A DNA stretch of 63,981 bases, filler included, from Ionaspis alba (GCA_964255285.1; 5 parts of 5 records of this genome joined end to end with filler, not necessarily neighbours in it), one strand, 5' to 3'. Shown: positions 12,031 to 24,652, counted from the whole stretch's first letter. Notes: generated from the letters alone by a model not told the origin. Made by a program: numbers and translations.

Positions 12031-12845
12031 TCACGAAGTCCCATTCGGGATCCCCCTCGACTGGACCGGCAACGGCCGAGCCGGCGTCGCAGGCATATCA
12101 TCATCATCATCATCTTCATCCATATCATCGTTCTGCTCCGGATGCCTATCACGCGCACAAATTAGCCCTCTTCCCAGCCAACCAACCAACCAGAAGCATC
12201 GAAAAGGAAAAAAAAAGCCCACATACGCCAACAAGCCCTTAACCTCCTTCATCTCATAATGCCTCTTCCTCCTCTCCTCAAACCTGCGATGCTTCTCCCT
12301 CTCTTCCGCACTCCACCCAACCTCCTCGCCATGACCTTCCTCCGCCCCCGGCTCAACCTGAACCTGTTTCTCACCCTTCACACTCCCACTCCCGCTCCTC
12401 ACAATCCTCCCCTCATCCTCCTCCTCCCCCTCAGAAGTCGGAACCTGCTCCTCGGGCTCGCCGAGCTCCAACCCGGGGATATCCTCCTCACGCTTCCTCC
12501 TCCCCGCCCCACCACCACCGCCAACTTTATCCAGCTCATCGACAACGAGCTCGCCCGCATCGAGCGTGCGGATCTCGTCTTCGTCTTCGGAGGGCGAGTA
12601 GTGTTTGGCGTAGGGGGTTTTGGGCTCGTTGATTTTCATCGTCGAGGACTTTTCTTGCTCGGTGAGGTACAGGTTTGCTTCGTCCCATTTGAGGCGCGGG
12701 TTGGGCTCGTCGTCGTCGTCCTCGGTGGTGGGTCGGATGTGGGAGGTTGAGTTGGAGGATTGGCGCCGGGAGGGCGTGGTGCGCGCGGTGGAGGAGGAGG
12801 AGCGGCGGTGGCCGGCGTTTTGGAGGGTGTTTTGCAGGGTTAGCT
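12031..12845 (-). CDS. GLC8: Protein phosphatase 1 inhibitor-2 (Glc8/IPP-2), 5' partial at scaffold end
   Basis: [38 protein letters not shown]; intron 12146..12226. Confidence 0.9.
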
Positions 12846-12945
12846 NNNNNNNNNNNNNNNNNNNNNNNNNNNNNNNNNNNNNNNNNNNNTTAATTAATTA
12901 ANNNNNNNNNNNNNNNNNNNNNNNNNNNNNNNNNNNNNNNNNNNN
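12846..12945. other. Artificial scaffold spacer 44N+TTAATTAATTAA+44N
   Basis: Exactly 100 nt; 12-mer has stops in all six frames; identical structure recurs 4 times. Confidence 0.97.
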
Positions 12946-13117
12946 CAAATGTTGGGCTCCAAGCCGAGGCATGAAACCAAGTATTAAAACTTCCCCACAG
13001 CTCAAGCCTCTTTTCCGGAGATCTTGACAACGAACGGGTCTTGCGAGCACGGCATCGGCATGTAGTCTTCAGCGGCTCCCTCAAAATTCTCTTTTTTACA
13101 ACATTCCGATTCCAGCA

Positions 13118-13936
13118 ATGGCATCCTCAATGTTTGCCACCCCACCTCCGCAAACCTCGTTTACCCGTATCACCTTTCCTAAACCGCATCTCCTCGTTGT
13201 CACGCTTTCGCGACCGAGGTCTCTTAACTGTATCAATACCGCCGGGCACGAAGAGCTTGATGCCATCTGGACATGGTTTGATAATGAGCCATCTCTCCGC
13301 GTTGCAATCATCACGGGCGAAGGTCGCGCCTTCTGCGCTGGCGCCGACCTGAAAGAGTGGAATGCCGCAAATCAGTCCAAACGGCCACGGCCTCTTCCGT
13401 CCGGAGGGTTTGGAGGTCTATCGACAAGGTTCGGTAAGAAACCAGTGATTGCCGCCGTCAATGGTATCGCTTTTGGCGGTGGATGCGAGATCATCGTCAA
13501 TACGGATCTCGTGCTGGCAGCCCGAGAGGCTATTTTCGCGTTAACCGAGGTTAAACGTGGAGTTGTCGCTATCGCTGGAGCGCTCCCAAGACTGGTGCGG
13601 ACGGTGGGAAGGCAGAGGGCTATGGAAATGGCATTGACGGGGAGGATTGTGCCAGCGGAAGAGGCTAGAGAATGGGGCTTGGTTAATAAGGTCGTGGATG
13701 ATGTAGTGGGGGAGGCAATACAATGGGGGGAGGCAATTGCCGCGAATAGCCCCGATAGTGTCATTGTGAGCCGGGAGGGTATCAAGATCGGCTGGGAGGG
13801 AGTGAGCGCTCAGGAAGGGACAGAGAGACTACGAAGGGAGATCTATTCCCGCATGGATGGCGGCGAAAACATGGTCGAAGGAGTGAGAGCATTCATAGAG
13901 AAGAGGAGTCCTAGATGGGTTGACAGCAAACTGTGA
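13118..13936 (+). CDS. Enoyl-CoA hydratase/isomerase (crotonase), peroxisomal PTS1
   Basis: AFCAGADLKE, KPVIAAVNGIAFGGGCE, FALTEVKRG; ends DSKL*; intronless. Confidence 0.92.
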   Translation: MASSMFATPPPQTSFTRITFPKPHLLVVTLSRPRSLNCINTAGHEELDAIWTWFDNEPSLRVAIITGEGRAFCAGADLKEWNAANQSKRPRPLPSGGFGGLSTRFGKKPVIAAVNGIAFGGGCEIIVNTDLVLAAREAIFALTEVKRGVVAIAGALPRLVRTVGRQRAMEMALTGRIVPAEEAREWGLVNKVVDDVVGEAIQWGEAIAANSPDSVIVSREGIKIGWEGVSAQEGTERLRREIYSRMDGGENMVEGVRAFIEKRSPRWVDSKL

Positions 13937-14146
13937 TACTCTGGCAGATTTGGCCGGTTTCAAATCTTTCATTGGGACACAACTGTAGGGGTCAAGCATG
14001 ACCTGCACATGGCTGTGTCGGTCCACATCCGCAAAAGCTGCATTTATTGCTACTTGACCACCTCAAACCACCACTTTTCCGGTCCATGGTTTCATCTTTG
14101 CTGTTTCTCCGTGGCTCCTGCAGGACAATCTCATTCGTTCTGCTGG

Positions 14147-14740
14147 TCAAGTATCAGCCCATCTCACATTTTTTCTCGGTGAGGGTGTCCTGATCTCCGT
14201 CTGACTTGTCTCTCTCAATTTGATGCCCAAGGGATATCTCTGACTTGATTCGCTCTCCGAAACCGGGTCATCTCTCAGCCACTCTTTTTCGAAAGGACGT
14301 AGTGGCATGCCCAATCTCTTCTGGATCCTGCAAACCTCTTTTCTCATCTCACGTACCAGGTCCGCTCGGTTGTTGACCTCGTATTTTACCACCAATTTTA
14401 CCAAGCTGCTTGGATATCCCATATGCTGCAGAATGCTGTCAACCTCGGAAGTCCGGCCACGACTGATTTGATCGAACGCTTCTGGCGTGGAGGGTGACGC
14501 AGTAATTTGGAACAACGTCGACAGTGTCGTGTCCGGCGGTGGGGGTGAAATGGCCAAGGTATCCGCCGATGGTACACATGCCGAAGTTCCATTATCAGCC
14601 TGTGTTGAGCCTGTCCTAGCGCTTGTAGTCGATGTGCTGGTGGGAGGGTCTAATCTAAGTGAAGGTATGGCCGCTCGTCGTGTGGGATGCATAGGACTGC
14701 CAGAGAAAGACAACGCTTCTGTCTGTGAAGGAAGCGACAT
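14147..14740 (-). CDS. Hypothetical protein, 197 aa
   Basis: Longest ORF in the interval, Ser/Pro/Thr-rich N-half and predicted helical C-half; no family recognised. Confidence 0.4.
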   Translation of the reverse strand: MSLPSQTEALSFSGSPMHPTRRAAIPSLRLDPPTSTSTTSARTGSTQADNGTSACVPSADTLAISPPPPDTTLSTLFQITASPSTPEAFDQISRGRTSEVDSILQHMGYPSSLVKLVVKYEVNNRADLVREMRKEVCRIQKRLGMPLRPFEKEWLRDDPVSESESSQRYPLGIKLRETSQTEIRTPSPRKNVRWADT

Positions 14741-15228
14741 GTCGGAGAAGGGGACTTGTTCGCCAGGCAGAGCAGATCAATTAGAATTTTCTCAATTTCG
14801 ATATGTAGGATATATCTTCAAGCCGAAGGTCGATTGGCAATCGATCAAGCTCGTCATTTGACCTGTCTTTCTGGACGTCTGGCGAATACGGCAAAGTATG
14901 GGATATGTGGAGGAATTGACAAACAACATGTGATTTATGGCAAATGTGTTGATTGAGTTGCACGTGAGCAATAAAATTGAAAAAGATAACCTTACAATTT
15001 GAAACACTCATCTAGACTCTAAAACAGGGGAACAGTGAACAGTAACCTATTGACAAGCCGATTTTATGACCAAGTTCGAAAGTATTATTTCGAGGTAGTA
15101 ATTATCGAGTTGAGATATCATTAACCGATAAGAGTTAACACTGTCAGCCAAGGTTGGGGTATAGAGCAGTAGCTTGTGGCATATCAAAGCTTCTATAATC
15201 GAGTATCTACTAAAACGAGGACCCTAGT

Positions 15229-15806
15229 TCAGTAGTAGTCCACCCAGATGTCTGCTGCGAATGCATCAGTCAATCGCGGGTCTCGTCCATATCTGTAGCG
15301 ATAATGCGTCAGTGGAGCCCTTGAAACGGCATTGAAAGCTGGACAGGTTCTGCAGACGACTGGGAGATGACTCACTTCTCCTGCCATTTCACAAAGCCAC
15401 CATCTAGCACGTAGACCTTTTGGTGCGTCACCATAGGGGGAGCTTCTTTGGGCTCAGCAGTCGGACACAGATCCTTCGCAGAATCGGTATGTTGTGCTGT
15501 AGTTTCCTTCTCTAACCTTAGCACCCTTTCCCTTTCTCCTAAGTACCTCCTAGCAGCGCCCGGGCCCCTTTGCTGGCTCAGAGCACAGTGGAACACAACC
15601 TGATCTTTACTTCTTAGAGTACGAACAAGCTCTGGGATCCGATAATCGAGGGTAGCGGATGGAACATGTGTGGACGTCTTGATGTGCCCCCCAACATGAT
15701 CCTCGTCACGAACGTCAATGATGGCGAGGGTGGGACGCGAGTCGAGCGGTGAAAGAAGGAGATCGCTCAAGGTTTCGCGGGTGATGTAGCTTGGAGATGT
15801 AGACAT
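15229..15806 (-). CDS. Cdc25-like rhodanese-fold phosphatase / arsenate reductase (Ibp1/Ych1 family)
   Basis: IIDVRDEDHVGGHI, active site FHCALSQQRGP, VYVLDGGFVKWQEK; intron 15293..15375 then YGRDPRLTDAF..DIW. Confidence 0.9.
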
Positions 15807-16213
15807 CTTCAATGCGCGATAATCTATGAAAGGGAAGAGAAATTGGATAATGAGGCTCGTATCAATCAGAGTCAAATTGGGAGACGGGTGGAGCCTGTTC
15901 TATGACGAGAAAGGAGATTCGTGATTTGATGCTTGGTAGAGAACTAAGAACGAAGTATGACCGCCATGGCGAGGAAGGAAAATGAGCGAAAAAATCATTA
16001 GTCTTGGTACTTCATAATCATTGGGACTTGAAGCTGCTTGCTGAGGTCGGGTCGGTAGAAAGACGCGGGATGGTGGGGGTATGAGTTTTGCAAGTACCGC
16101 GCCAAGCTTATGAAAAAGTTGCCGCACATAACTTTTTCTTTGGCAGCGCAGGAGAGAACGCACGAGTACACACTCACATAATCGCCGGATTGTTTCACGT
16201 CTGCCTCGCGATT

Positions 16214-18338
16214 ATGAAGACTACTTGGAAGGAGATTCAACCGGTGCCTACAAGTCAAGAGTTCCTTGATATTGTCCTAAGCCGCACACAAAGACGTCTT
16301 CCTACCCAGATTCGCTCGGGCTTTCAGATCAGCCGAATTCGAGGTATCAAAGGCAGCTCATCGAGGCTTTATAAGAGTGGTCTACTGATGCGGTCTAGCA
16401 TTCTACACTCGTAAGGTCAAATACACCCAAGAGACTTTCACCGAGAAACTTTCAGCTATCCTCGAAGGATTCCCTCGCCTCCAAGACATCCACCCATTTC
16501 GTGAGTGCGAACAAGACACAACCTAATACATATCTAGCTGACGGTCTGGTAACTAGATAAGGACCTACTCAATACGCTCTATGACGCCGACCATTTCAGA
16601 ATCGCCCTCGGTCAACTCTCTACCGCAAAGCACCTCATCGAGACCGTTTCCCGGGACTATGTTCGATTGCTCAAATACGCACAATCGCTCTTTCAGTGCA
16701 AACAGCTCAAGCGTGCTGCATTGGGGCGAATGGCCACAATATGCAGACGACTGAAGGATCCTCTGGTGTACCTAGAGCAGGTAAGGCAGCACCTGGGTCG
16801 TCTGCCGTCCATCGATCCCAATACCCGTACACTCCTCATATGTGGCTATCCCAATGTTGGGAAATCAAGTTTCCTTCGAAGCATCACAAGAGCAGATGTT
16901 GATGTACAGCCGTATGCGTTTACCACTAAGAGCTTGTTTGTTGGGCACTTCGACTACAAATATCTGAGGTTTCAAGCAATCGATACGCCTGGTATACTGG
17001 ACCACCCACTGGAAGAAATGAATACCATCGAGATGCAGTCAATCACAGCGATAGCTCATCTCCGGTCGGCAATACTGTACTTCGTGGACCTGTCGGAACA
17101 ATGTGGATATTCAGTGCAGGCACAGATTCAGCTTTTCCAGAGCATCAAGCCTCTTTTTGCCAACAAACTTGTATTTGTTGTCATTAACAAGATCGACATC
17201 ATGCGACCAGAAGATCTGGATGTCGAGACCAAGGAGAAGCTCGAATCGATTCTAAAGCCCGGAGATGTTGAACTCTTGCAATTGTCGTGCACGACAACCG
17301 AGGGTATCACCGATGTGAAGAACGCTGCCTGCGAACGTTTGATAGCTGACCGTGTAGCCCAAAAGCTCAAGGCGGGTTCTAATAGTAGTGGAAACATTGG
17401 CGGCAGATTGGGTGACGTTCTTACGAGGATTCATGTTGCTCAGCCTCTAGGAGGCGTCGTACGGGAGGCTTACATTCCCGAGGCTGTCAAGACAATGAAG
17501 AAATTCGACAAGGATGATCCGAATCGGCCCAGACTCGCCCGAGAGATCGAGGAAGCCGAAGGAGGAGCTGGCGTCTTCAATGTTGATCTCAAGGGAAAAT
17601 ATTTGCTCGACAAAGATGACTGGAAGTATGACAGAGTTCCTGAAGTGCTCAATGGGAAGAACGTGTACGACTTCATTGATCCTGACATTGAGGCAAAACT
17701 TGCAGTATTGGAAGAGGAAGAAGAGAGACTAGAGACAGAAGGGTTCTACCAGTCCGATGATAGCATCGAGGATGCTGACGAAGCTGATACTCGAATGAAA
17801 GCCGAGCTTATTCGGGAGAAGCGACAGCTCCTACGAAATGAGGCGAAGATGAAGAAATCGCTAAAGAATCGTGCAGTGATTCCAAGGACGGCGAGGAAAA
17901 AGAAACTATCTACAATGGAGGACCATCTGGATCGGCTGGGCTTCGACACGACAAACATTTCTGCGCGCGCCCAGTCACAGTCACGTGGTCGCAGTGTACT
18001 TCGTAGCCGAGTTGGCACGGAGTATGCGATGGACATCGATACCCCTGACAGCGCCCGTGAGCCTTTGAGAGTGAAGAGCCGAGCGAGGAGTCAGAGCAAC
18101 AGGAGGGAAGACGGTGTCACAACGCTTACCGCACGTAGTAAGGCCGATCGATTGGCGAAACTTGCTCAGCAGAGGATGAACAGGATGGCACGGCAAGGAG
18201 AGGCAGATAGGCATGTTCCTGTAACTATGCCGAAGCATCTGGTACGTTTCGCTGGCAGTGTAGCCATTAAAGCTTTACTGACGGTCTCTGGTATAGTTCT
18301 CCGGTAAACGAAGCATGGGTAAAACCCAACGTCGCTAA
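16214..18338 (+). CDS. NOG1: Nucleolar GTP-binding protein 1
   Basis: [28 protein letters not shown]1 [17 protein letters not shown]-terminal GEADRH..PKHLFSGKR; three introns. Confidence 0.97.
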
Positions 18339-18553
18339 TGCTCTCCACACTGTATCGACGACCATTGGTGGCGTATTGGCATGGCGTTGGGTCTTGCTCG
18401 AAGCCTCGGATAGATCGATACTGCTTGCTCCTTGTAGATCCTAGGACGCAGGAACGAATTCTTGTTTTGCCCGTTCGAGGGCTGTGCAACATATCTATGG
18501 GGTATCACAGTAGTGGCCAGGGTTCCCACATTGCTTATGTAGCTCTTGCTCCA

Positions 18554-19282
18554 TCAATCAGTCGCCCCGTATTTAGCTCGGTAATCTTTACAGGCTTTGG
18601 CTTCCTCTAGCTTTCCCAACCCGTCCAAGCCTCCGATGAGGTCGTCGAGAGTAAGAATGCTGAGTACCGGCACGCCATACTCCTTTCGGATCTGGCCAAT
18701 CGCACTTTCCCTTGACCTCCCATCCTCATCCTCCTCGCTCTCACCGGCTGGCATCTTTTCCATTCGGTCCAAGGCAACGATGATGCCAACCAAGGTGCCA
18801 CCTTGTCTCTTGATGAGGTCAATTGCCTGCCGCTTGGCTGTTCCGGCCGTGACGACATCATCGATGATCATAACCCTCTGCCCTTTCAGCTCCCCTCCTA
18901 CAATAATACCGCCTTCGCCGTGGTCCTTGGCCTCCTTGCGATCAAAGCTGTAACTGACGTCTGCAAAACGATCCGGCTCTAATTCTCCCAGTTTGTCGAC
19001 CGTTGCTGTCGCGAGCGGAATTCCTTTGTATGCCGGACCGAACAGGACGGAGAAGTCAAGGGCTGGTTCGTGTGCGATGAGGGTCTGGGCATATGCGGTC
19101 GATAGAGATCGGAGGAGAGCTGAGTGATGGAACAGAGCGGTGTTAAAAAAGTAGGGTGATTGGCGACCAGACTTGAGGGTAAAGGAGCCGAACTTCAGGG
19201 CATTCGACGAGAGACACGTCTGGAGGAAGGCAGTCTTGTAAGAGGGCAGGGGAGATGAGGATGTCAAGGCTTGAGTGGCCAT
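18554..19282 (-). CDS. URA5: Orotate phosphoribosyltransferase
   Basis: [39 protein letters not shown] motif [11 protein letters not shown]; intronless. Confidence 0.97.
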   Translation of the reverse strand: MATQALTSSSPLPSYKTAFLQTCLSSNALKFGSFTLKSGRQSPYFFNTALFHHSALLRSLSTAYAQTLIAHEPALDFSVLFGPAYKGIPLATATVDKLGELEPDRFADVSYSFDRKEAKDHGEGGIIVGGELKGQRVMIIDDVVTAGTAKRQAIDLIKRQGGTLVGIIVALDRMEKMPAGESEEDEDGRSRESAIGQIRKEYGVPVLSILTLDDLIGGLDGLGKLEEAKACKDYRAKYGATD

Positions 19283-20226
19283 AATCGTAAGGGCGGCGTG
19301 ATGTGGACTGAAGGGGTTAAGTCGTGTTGAGGTGTCGCTGTGCAGTCAATAAAACTGTGAATGTCTTCGAGCCAAATTGCAAACAATTTTCACTGCAGCA
19401 GTAGATGGTGGAGGAAGGGCGTGAGGTCTTGGTGGGGTCCTCAGGAGCGGGCTTGAAGCCACAATTTGGTGGGACCACCCTGAGGGCCACCCCTCCCGCA
19501 GCTTTTTAGCGGGGTGCCAATCCTGCCCTGACGATCCATCCTTGAAGCAGGTTGTTTTCCATGGAGCTTGGGAATTTGATTGTTGTATCTGGAAAAGAGA
19601 GAACGAGCATTCATTGTTACTCTGAAGGTCTTCTCACCATATCTGGCAGGTAATTTGCCATCCCCCAACCTCTGATTGCCAGTTCCTCTTCCACCATGCT
19701 AGGCATTCGTCACGTGGCATGATTGTTATTCCACCCACTGACCTCATCACTTCAAATTTGCTGAACAGGGTTGTTGACATACCCGAAGCGCCTCCCCGCG
19801 AAAGAATTTCCTGCAGCTAACGATTGTTTTGCACCAAACCAACAGTCTTAAATTCTCTGAATCATTGTCGCTTCCCTTCTTTCACAATTCCTTTCACGCA
19901 ATAATAAAACGGTGGTACATGGCGAGGCAGCAAGCAGATCGTTGGGCTCGTAACAGGTACTTCGGCTGAAAGAACCCAGGAAAAGAGGAGGACTGTTTCA
20001 TTCTACTGCTCCGATATAGGACAACCATTGTTCTTTATAATAGTAACGACAATTTGGTACGCAAGAGGTTCCAACTAACTGCCCTTGCTCTCCCATCTCA
20101 AATCCACTGGCTCTTTGGTAGTCACGATCGGAGTGGACCTTTCTTTGTGCTCGAAGAAGTCTTATTTGAGGCCAATGAACTGACCCATCGCAGACACCAT
20201 TTAGGTTGGCTTGCTTGGTACCCATA

Positions 20227-22287
20227 ATGCACATCAAAGACAAACTGGCCGAGGCGGAGAGGACTGGGAGACCAATGTTTTCCTTTGAGTTCTTCCCCCC
20301 AAAGACAGAGCAGGTAAGTTCCAGGTACACTCTTTCCTTTCGCTCGGACTGAACTTTGGTGGCAGGGTGTTCAGAATCTCTACGATCGTATGTTCATCTC
20401 TACTGGCGAACAAAGTCTGCTGCTTCACCGACCTCCAAACACTAACGTGAAGTCAGGTATGGATCGGATGCACGACTTGGGGCCATCATTCATTGATGTT
20501 ACGTGGGGAGCAGGAGGCCGACTATCACACCTTACCACGGAGATGGTGAATGTTGCGCAAAGCATCTATGGTCTAGAAACGTGTATGCACCTCACTTGTA
20601 CCGACATGGAGAAGGGAAAAGTGGATGACGCATTGAAGGAGGCATATAAAGCAGGCTGTACCAACATACTGGCCCTACGCGGTGACCCTCCGCGGGACAA
20701 GGAGAAGTGGGAGGCCATCGAAGGCGGCTTTCGCTATGCCAAGGATCTTGTGAAGTACATCAAAGCTAAATATGGGAATCATTTCGACATCGGTGTTGCT
20801 GGATATCCTGAAGGTTGTGAAGACCAACAAGATCGGGAGCTATTGTTAGATCATTTGAAAGAAAAGATTGATGCAGGAGGAACGTTTATTGTGACTCAAA
20901 TGTTTTACGACGTCGATATTTTCCTGGCTTGGGTGGACAAGGTTCGCGCTCGAGGTATCAAGGTCCCAATTGTGCCAGGCATCATGCCCATTCAGACACA
21001 TGCAGCATTTCTGCGACGAGCAAAATGGTCCAACTGTCATGTTCCGCAAAAGTGGATCGACTCGCTTGAACCTGTGAAAAACGATGATGCGGCTGTTAGG
21101 GACGTTGGCAAAGGACTGGTAGCAGAACTGTGCCAGAGAATTATTGACGCAGGAATATTGCACCTCCATTTGTGAGAGCTTTTCGTTGATGAGGCTAGAT
21201 CTTCTTCTGCTAATGCATAGATAGCTACACTATGAACCTTGCGCAGGCAACCCGCATGGTTCTACAGGAACTGGGTCTTACCCCTACGGATGGTACCCCG
21301 ACCAAAAAAGCCCTCCCGTGGCGGCAATCCCTTGGACTGAATCGCAGAGAAGAAGATGTCCGGCCCATCTTCTGGAAGAACCGCAACAAGTCATACGTCG
21401 TTCGAACGCAGGATTGGGATGAATTTCCCAATGGTCGCTGGGGCGATTCTCGGTCTCCTGCATTCGGCGAATTGGATGCCTATGGGATCGGACTTAAGGG
21501 GACTAACGAGCAAAACATCAAGCTCTGGGGATCTCCTCGGTCTATCCGAGACGTGGCCAATATCTTCATCAGCTTCTTGGAAAACAAACTGCAAAGTCTT
21601 CCATGGAGTGAATCACCTATTGCGAGCGAGGCAGATGCTATCAAACCCGAACTCCTTGACCTTAATCGCAGAGGATTTTTGACCATCAACTCCCAACCGG
21701 CCGTCAATGGTGTGAAGTCTTCACATCCGGTCTATGGTTGGGGGCCACATGGTGGATATTGCTACCAGAAGGCCTACTTGGAGCTTCTTGTTTCCCCAAA
21801 GTTGATCTCGAGCATTCTCGGCCGCATCGAGGGCAACGAAGACATTACCTATTATGCGGTCAACAAAGAGGGAGATCTCAAGACTAATGCCCCAAGCGAT
21901 GGGCCGAATGCCGTCACCTGGGGTGTTTTTCCAGGAAAGGAGATCGTCCAGCCTACAATTGTGGAAACGATCAGCTTTCTCGCTTGGAAGGATGAGGCCT
22001 TTCGTTTGGGATCTGATTGGGCGAAATGTCATTTGCTGTCGAGCCCCAGCAGGCACCTGATCGACAGCATCATGGAGAAGTGGTTTCTGGTCAATATTGG
22101 TACGAAGAAGTCATTCAATCACTTCAACAGATTTGCTGATCTTGTCCCAGTACATAATGATTTTCACCAAACTCACGCCATCTTCTCCTTGTTCGAGGGA
22201 CTCGAGGTGCCCGACATGGACAAAATCGAGGGTATGGAGGGCACTACGAATGGGTATCATCATGGTGATGTGGGTCTGGCGAATTGA
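20227..22287 (+). CDS. MET13: Methylenetetrahydrofolate reductase
   Basis: SFEFFPPKT, FIDVTWGAGG, MHLTCT, LALRGDPP, VAGYPEG, TQMFYD; SAM-binding C-domain WDEFPNGRWGDSRSPAFG; four coding introns. Confidence 0.95.
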
Positions 22288-22943
22288 AACTAAGATACGT
22301 CTCTTTTGATGAGACTCGTCCATCATCTGGCGTTTATCGGTGCACTTAGGCATAGCGCGGCGCTTTTGGAGGGCTAGCTGCTTCAACATACCCCAGACAT
22401 CTGTCGACGAGATCTTTCAACTATCTCGGTGCGGAAAGGATGTGTGCATAGGGTGCGAGTCACTTCAGTGGAAGGGACGCTGGAAGTGTGTATAGACACT
22501 CTGACATCTTTCATTACCTACTTGATCTACACGAGGGTTACTTTATGATCGTCCCCGATCGACTGTCAAATAATTGAATCTAGCCGTAGTGTAATTTGCC
22601 CTGTTATGCTTCGGCAGAGCCCCCCAAACAACCAGGCACGATTAGCGGGGTGTCGGTATTTGATCTACCACAACTATGGGACCGTGCACTGCTGCGACAC
22701 CCGATACTGCTAAAGACTGCAGGTCATAATTTTAGGTTTATGATTGATTAATTCATGGCACTATTGCGACAAAGCTTCAGGGATGACAATAAAGATTTAG
22801 AGATAAGCGTAATATTCACAGTGTAGCTCTCGATCTACTCTAGGAACCCATACTCAGACGTGTAGATGACCTAACCATAGCTAAACCCCCCTTTCCCCCC
22901 GCGCCCAGGTATATACAGTGCATAACGGAAAAAGTATGGGAAT

Positions 22944-24425
22944 CTATCTCTTAAGCTCGGTTTCGTTGCTATAAACACCCTTCTCTTCATGTGCGATGGA
23001 AGCTTTGCGTTCCTCGTAGACGGCGTCACCGATGACACCGTCCTCATCATGGTATCCAATCTTAGTCTCGCGGAATCCATCAAGCTCTCTGGCGCAAAGG
23101 GTATTGAGGTAGATTGGGAAGGCGAAAGCGACGAAGAATCCAATCAGCGGAACAACCATAGCAATGTGATAGCCCTTGTGATCGGCGACGAGACCAGTCA
23201 GCGACGGGAAGAGGGCTCCACCAGAAACGGAGGCAACGATCCAGGACGATCCGCGCTTGGTGTGGCGGCCTAGACCACGAATTGAGAGAGTGAAGATGGT
23301 GGGGAAGATAGCAGACTCGAAAAATAGAACGAGTGAAAGCAAGGCGACACCAGCCTCGCCGTTAGCGCCCATTGCTGCTGCGATAAATATCATGATGGCT
23401 GTCATGAAAATCATGAGGATCCATCGCGGCTTCATATAAATCATAGCTCCGGCTGCAGCGAATCGACCGATGGCAAACAATCCCTGACCAATGGCGTAAC
23501 GATCCGAAGCATCAGCGTCGCTAATCTTGGCGCTCTCCACTGCGTACTTGATGAACTGAGAAGCAACGCCGACCTGTGCACCGACGTAGCAGAATTGCGC
23601 AGCCACACCGAAGAAAAGCTTGTACTGCTTGCGCATGGGCTTGTCGATGTAACCAGTAAGTCCAGCTGATTGTTCAGCCTGGAGGGCCATGTCGGCGTCG
23701 GTGACTTCAGGGATAGGAGAGAAGTAGAAGACAACGGCTAAGAGGAAGACGAAAGCGGCGATGCCAAGATAGGTCCATTGGACATTGGAGAGGTCCTTGG
23801 GCTCGGTGTTCTTGAAGAATACACGGGACGCGAGGAGGGGCGCCATGACGGATCCAATGGCTTGGAACGATTGGGAAAGCTCGAGACGGAATTCTGACAA
23901 TCTTGGAGGACCACAAGTGGCGATGAAAGGATTCGCCGAAGTTTCGAGGGTGGAAAGGCCAGAGCCGACGATGAAAAGCGAGCCGCAGAAGCCGCCGAAC
24001 GATCTATAAATCGCTGAGGGCCAGAACATCAAAGCTCCAACACCGTAGATGCAAAGACCAGTGATGAAAGTCCATCGGTACCCGAATTTTCGGACAATCC
24101 AACCGGAGTAGGTGAGGGGGCCAATGAGGTAGGCACCAAAGTATGCGCCCTGGAGACCACCTGCCTTGGCAGCAGTGATATCGAGTGAGTTCTGGAACTT
24201 GGCATTGAGAACGTCGAGAAGACCATAGGCGAATCCCCACAAGAAGAAGAGGATGGTGACGAGAGTGATGGGAAAGATGGATTGCTTGACAGTGAGAGCA
24301 GAGGCACCGGTGAGGCCTCTGTTGGAGACGCTCTTCTTGCGCGCGGCGTTGATGGCGTCGACATTGGATGGTCGACGCTGGTTCATAACCTCCGCAATCT
24401 CGGGTTCTTCTTTGCGTCCGAACAT
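22944..24425 (-). CDS. MFS sugar permease, FucP/glucose-galactose transporter family
   Basis: ~12 TM pattern; LFFLWGFAYGLLD, LETSANPF, QFCYVGAQV, IFPTIF; likely start MFGRKEE at 24425; intronless. Confidence 0.9.
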   Translation of the reverse strand: MFGRKEEPEIAEVMNQRRPSNVDAINAARKKSVSNRGLTGASALTVKQSIFPITLVTILFFLWGFAYGLLDVLNAKFQNSLDITAAKAGGLQGAYFGAYLIGPLTYSGWIVRKFGYRWTFITGLCIYGVGALMFWPSAIYRSFGGFCGSLFIVGSGLSTLETSANPFIATCGPPRLSEFRLELSQSFQAIGSVMAPLLASRVFFKNTEPKDLSNVQWTYLGIAAFVFLLAVVFYFSPIPEVTDADMALQAEQSAGLTGYIDKPMRKQYKLFFGVAAQFCYVGAQVGVASQFIKYAVESAKISDADASDRYAIGQGLFAIGRFAAAGAMIYMKPRWILMIFMTAIMIFIAAAMGANGEAGVALLSLVLFFESAIFPTIFTLSIRGLGRHTKRGSSWIVASVSGGALFPSLTGLVADHKGYHIAMVVPLIGFFVAFAFPIYLNTLCARELDGFRETKIGYHDEDGVIGDAVYEERKASIAHEEKGVYSNETELKR

Positions 24426-24621
24426 CGTGGCGGTTGATAGGCTGTCTAGGGAGAGGGCGATGGATAAGTGTGGAAGGAGAGAAGAGAAGCTCAGGAGGGG
24501 AAGACTAGGGAGTGAAGTAGCTCTTGAACAGGAGAGGTGAGGAGGGAAAGCAGGGCATTCATATAGTAGTCGGACCAGCTCCAGGGTAAATGCAAGCAAG
24601 CTCGTCGAGATCCCTCGAGAG

Positions 24622-24652
24622 CTTCTAGTCGACTTCTAGTCGACTTCTAGAA
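24622..24652. repeat. Tandem (CTTCTAGTCGA)x2 + CTTCTAGAA in MFS promoter
   Basis: Read directly; ~60 nt upstream of a TATA-like element on the minus strand. Confidence 0.7.

Noticed and set aside
3365..13936. Peroxisomal or lipid gene cluster (NMO-SKL, hydrolase, enoyl-CoA hydratase-SKL)
   Set aside because: The two SKL genes are on different scaffolds separated by an artificial spacer.
19680..20226. TPP riboswitch in the MET13 leader
   Set aside because: Conserved TPP aptamer segments are not present.
22648..22702. GGGTGTCG...CGACACCC inverted repeat between convergent genes
   Set aside because: Only 8 bp with a long loop; expected by chance.
24426..24599. Leu/Ser-rich N-terminal extension of the MFS ORF
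   Set aside because: Translation of a CT-rich 5'UTR from a non-ATG codon; the first ATG is at 24425.
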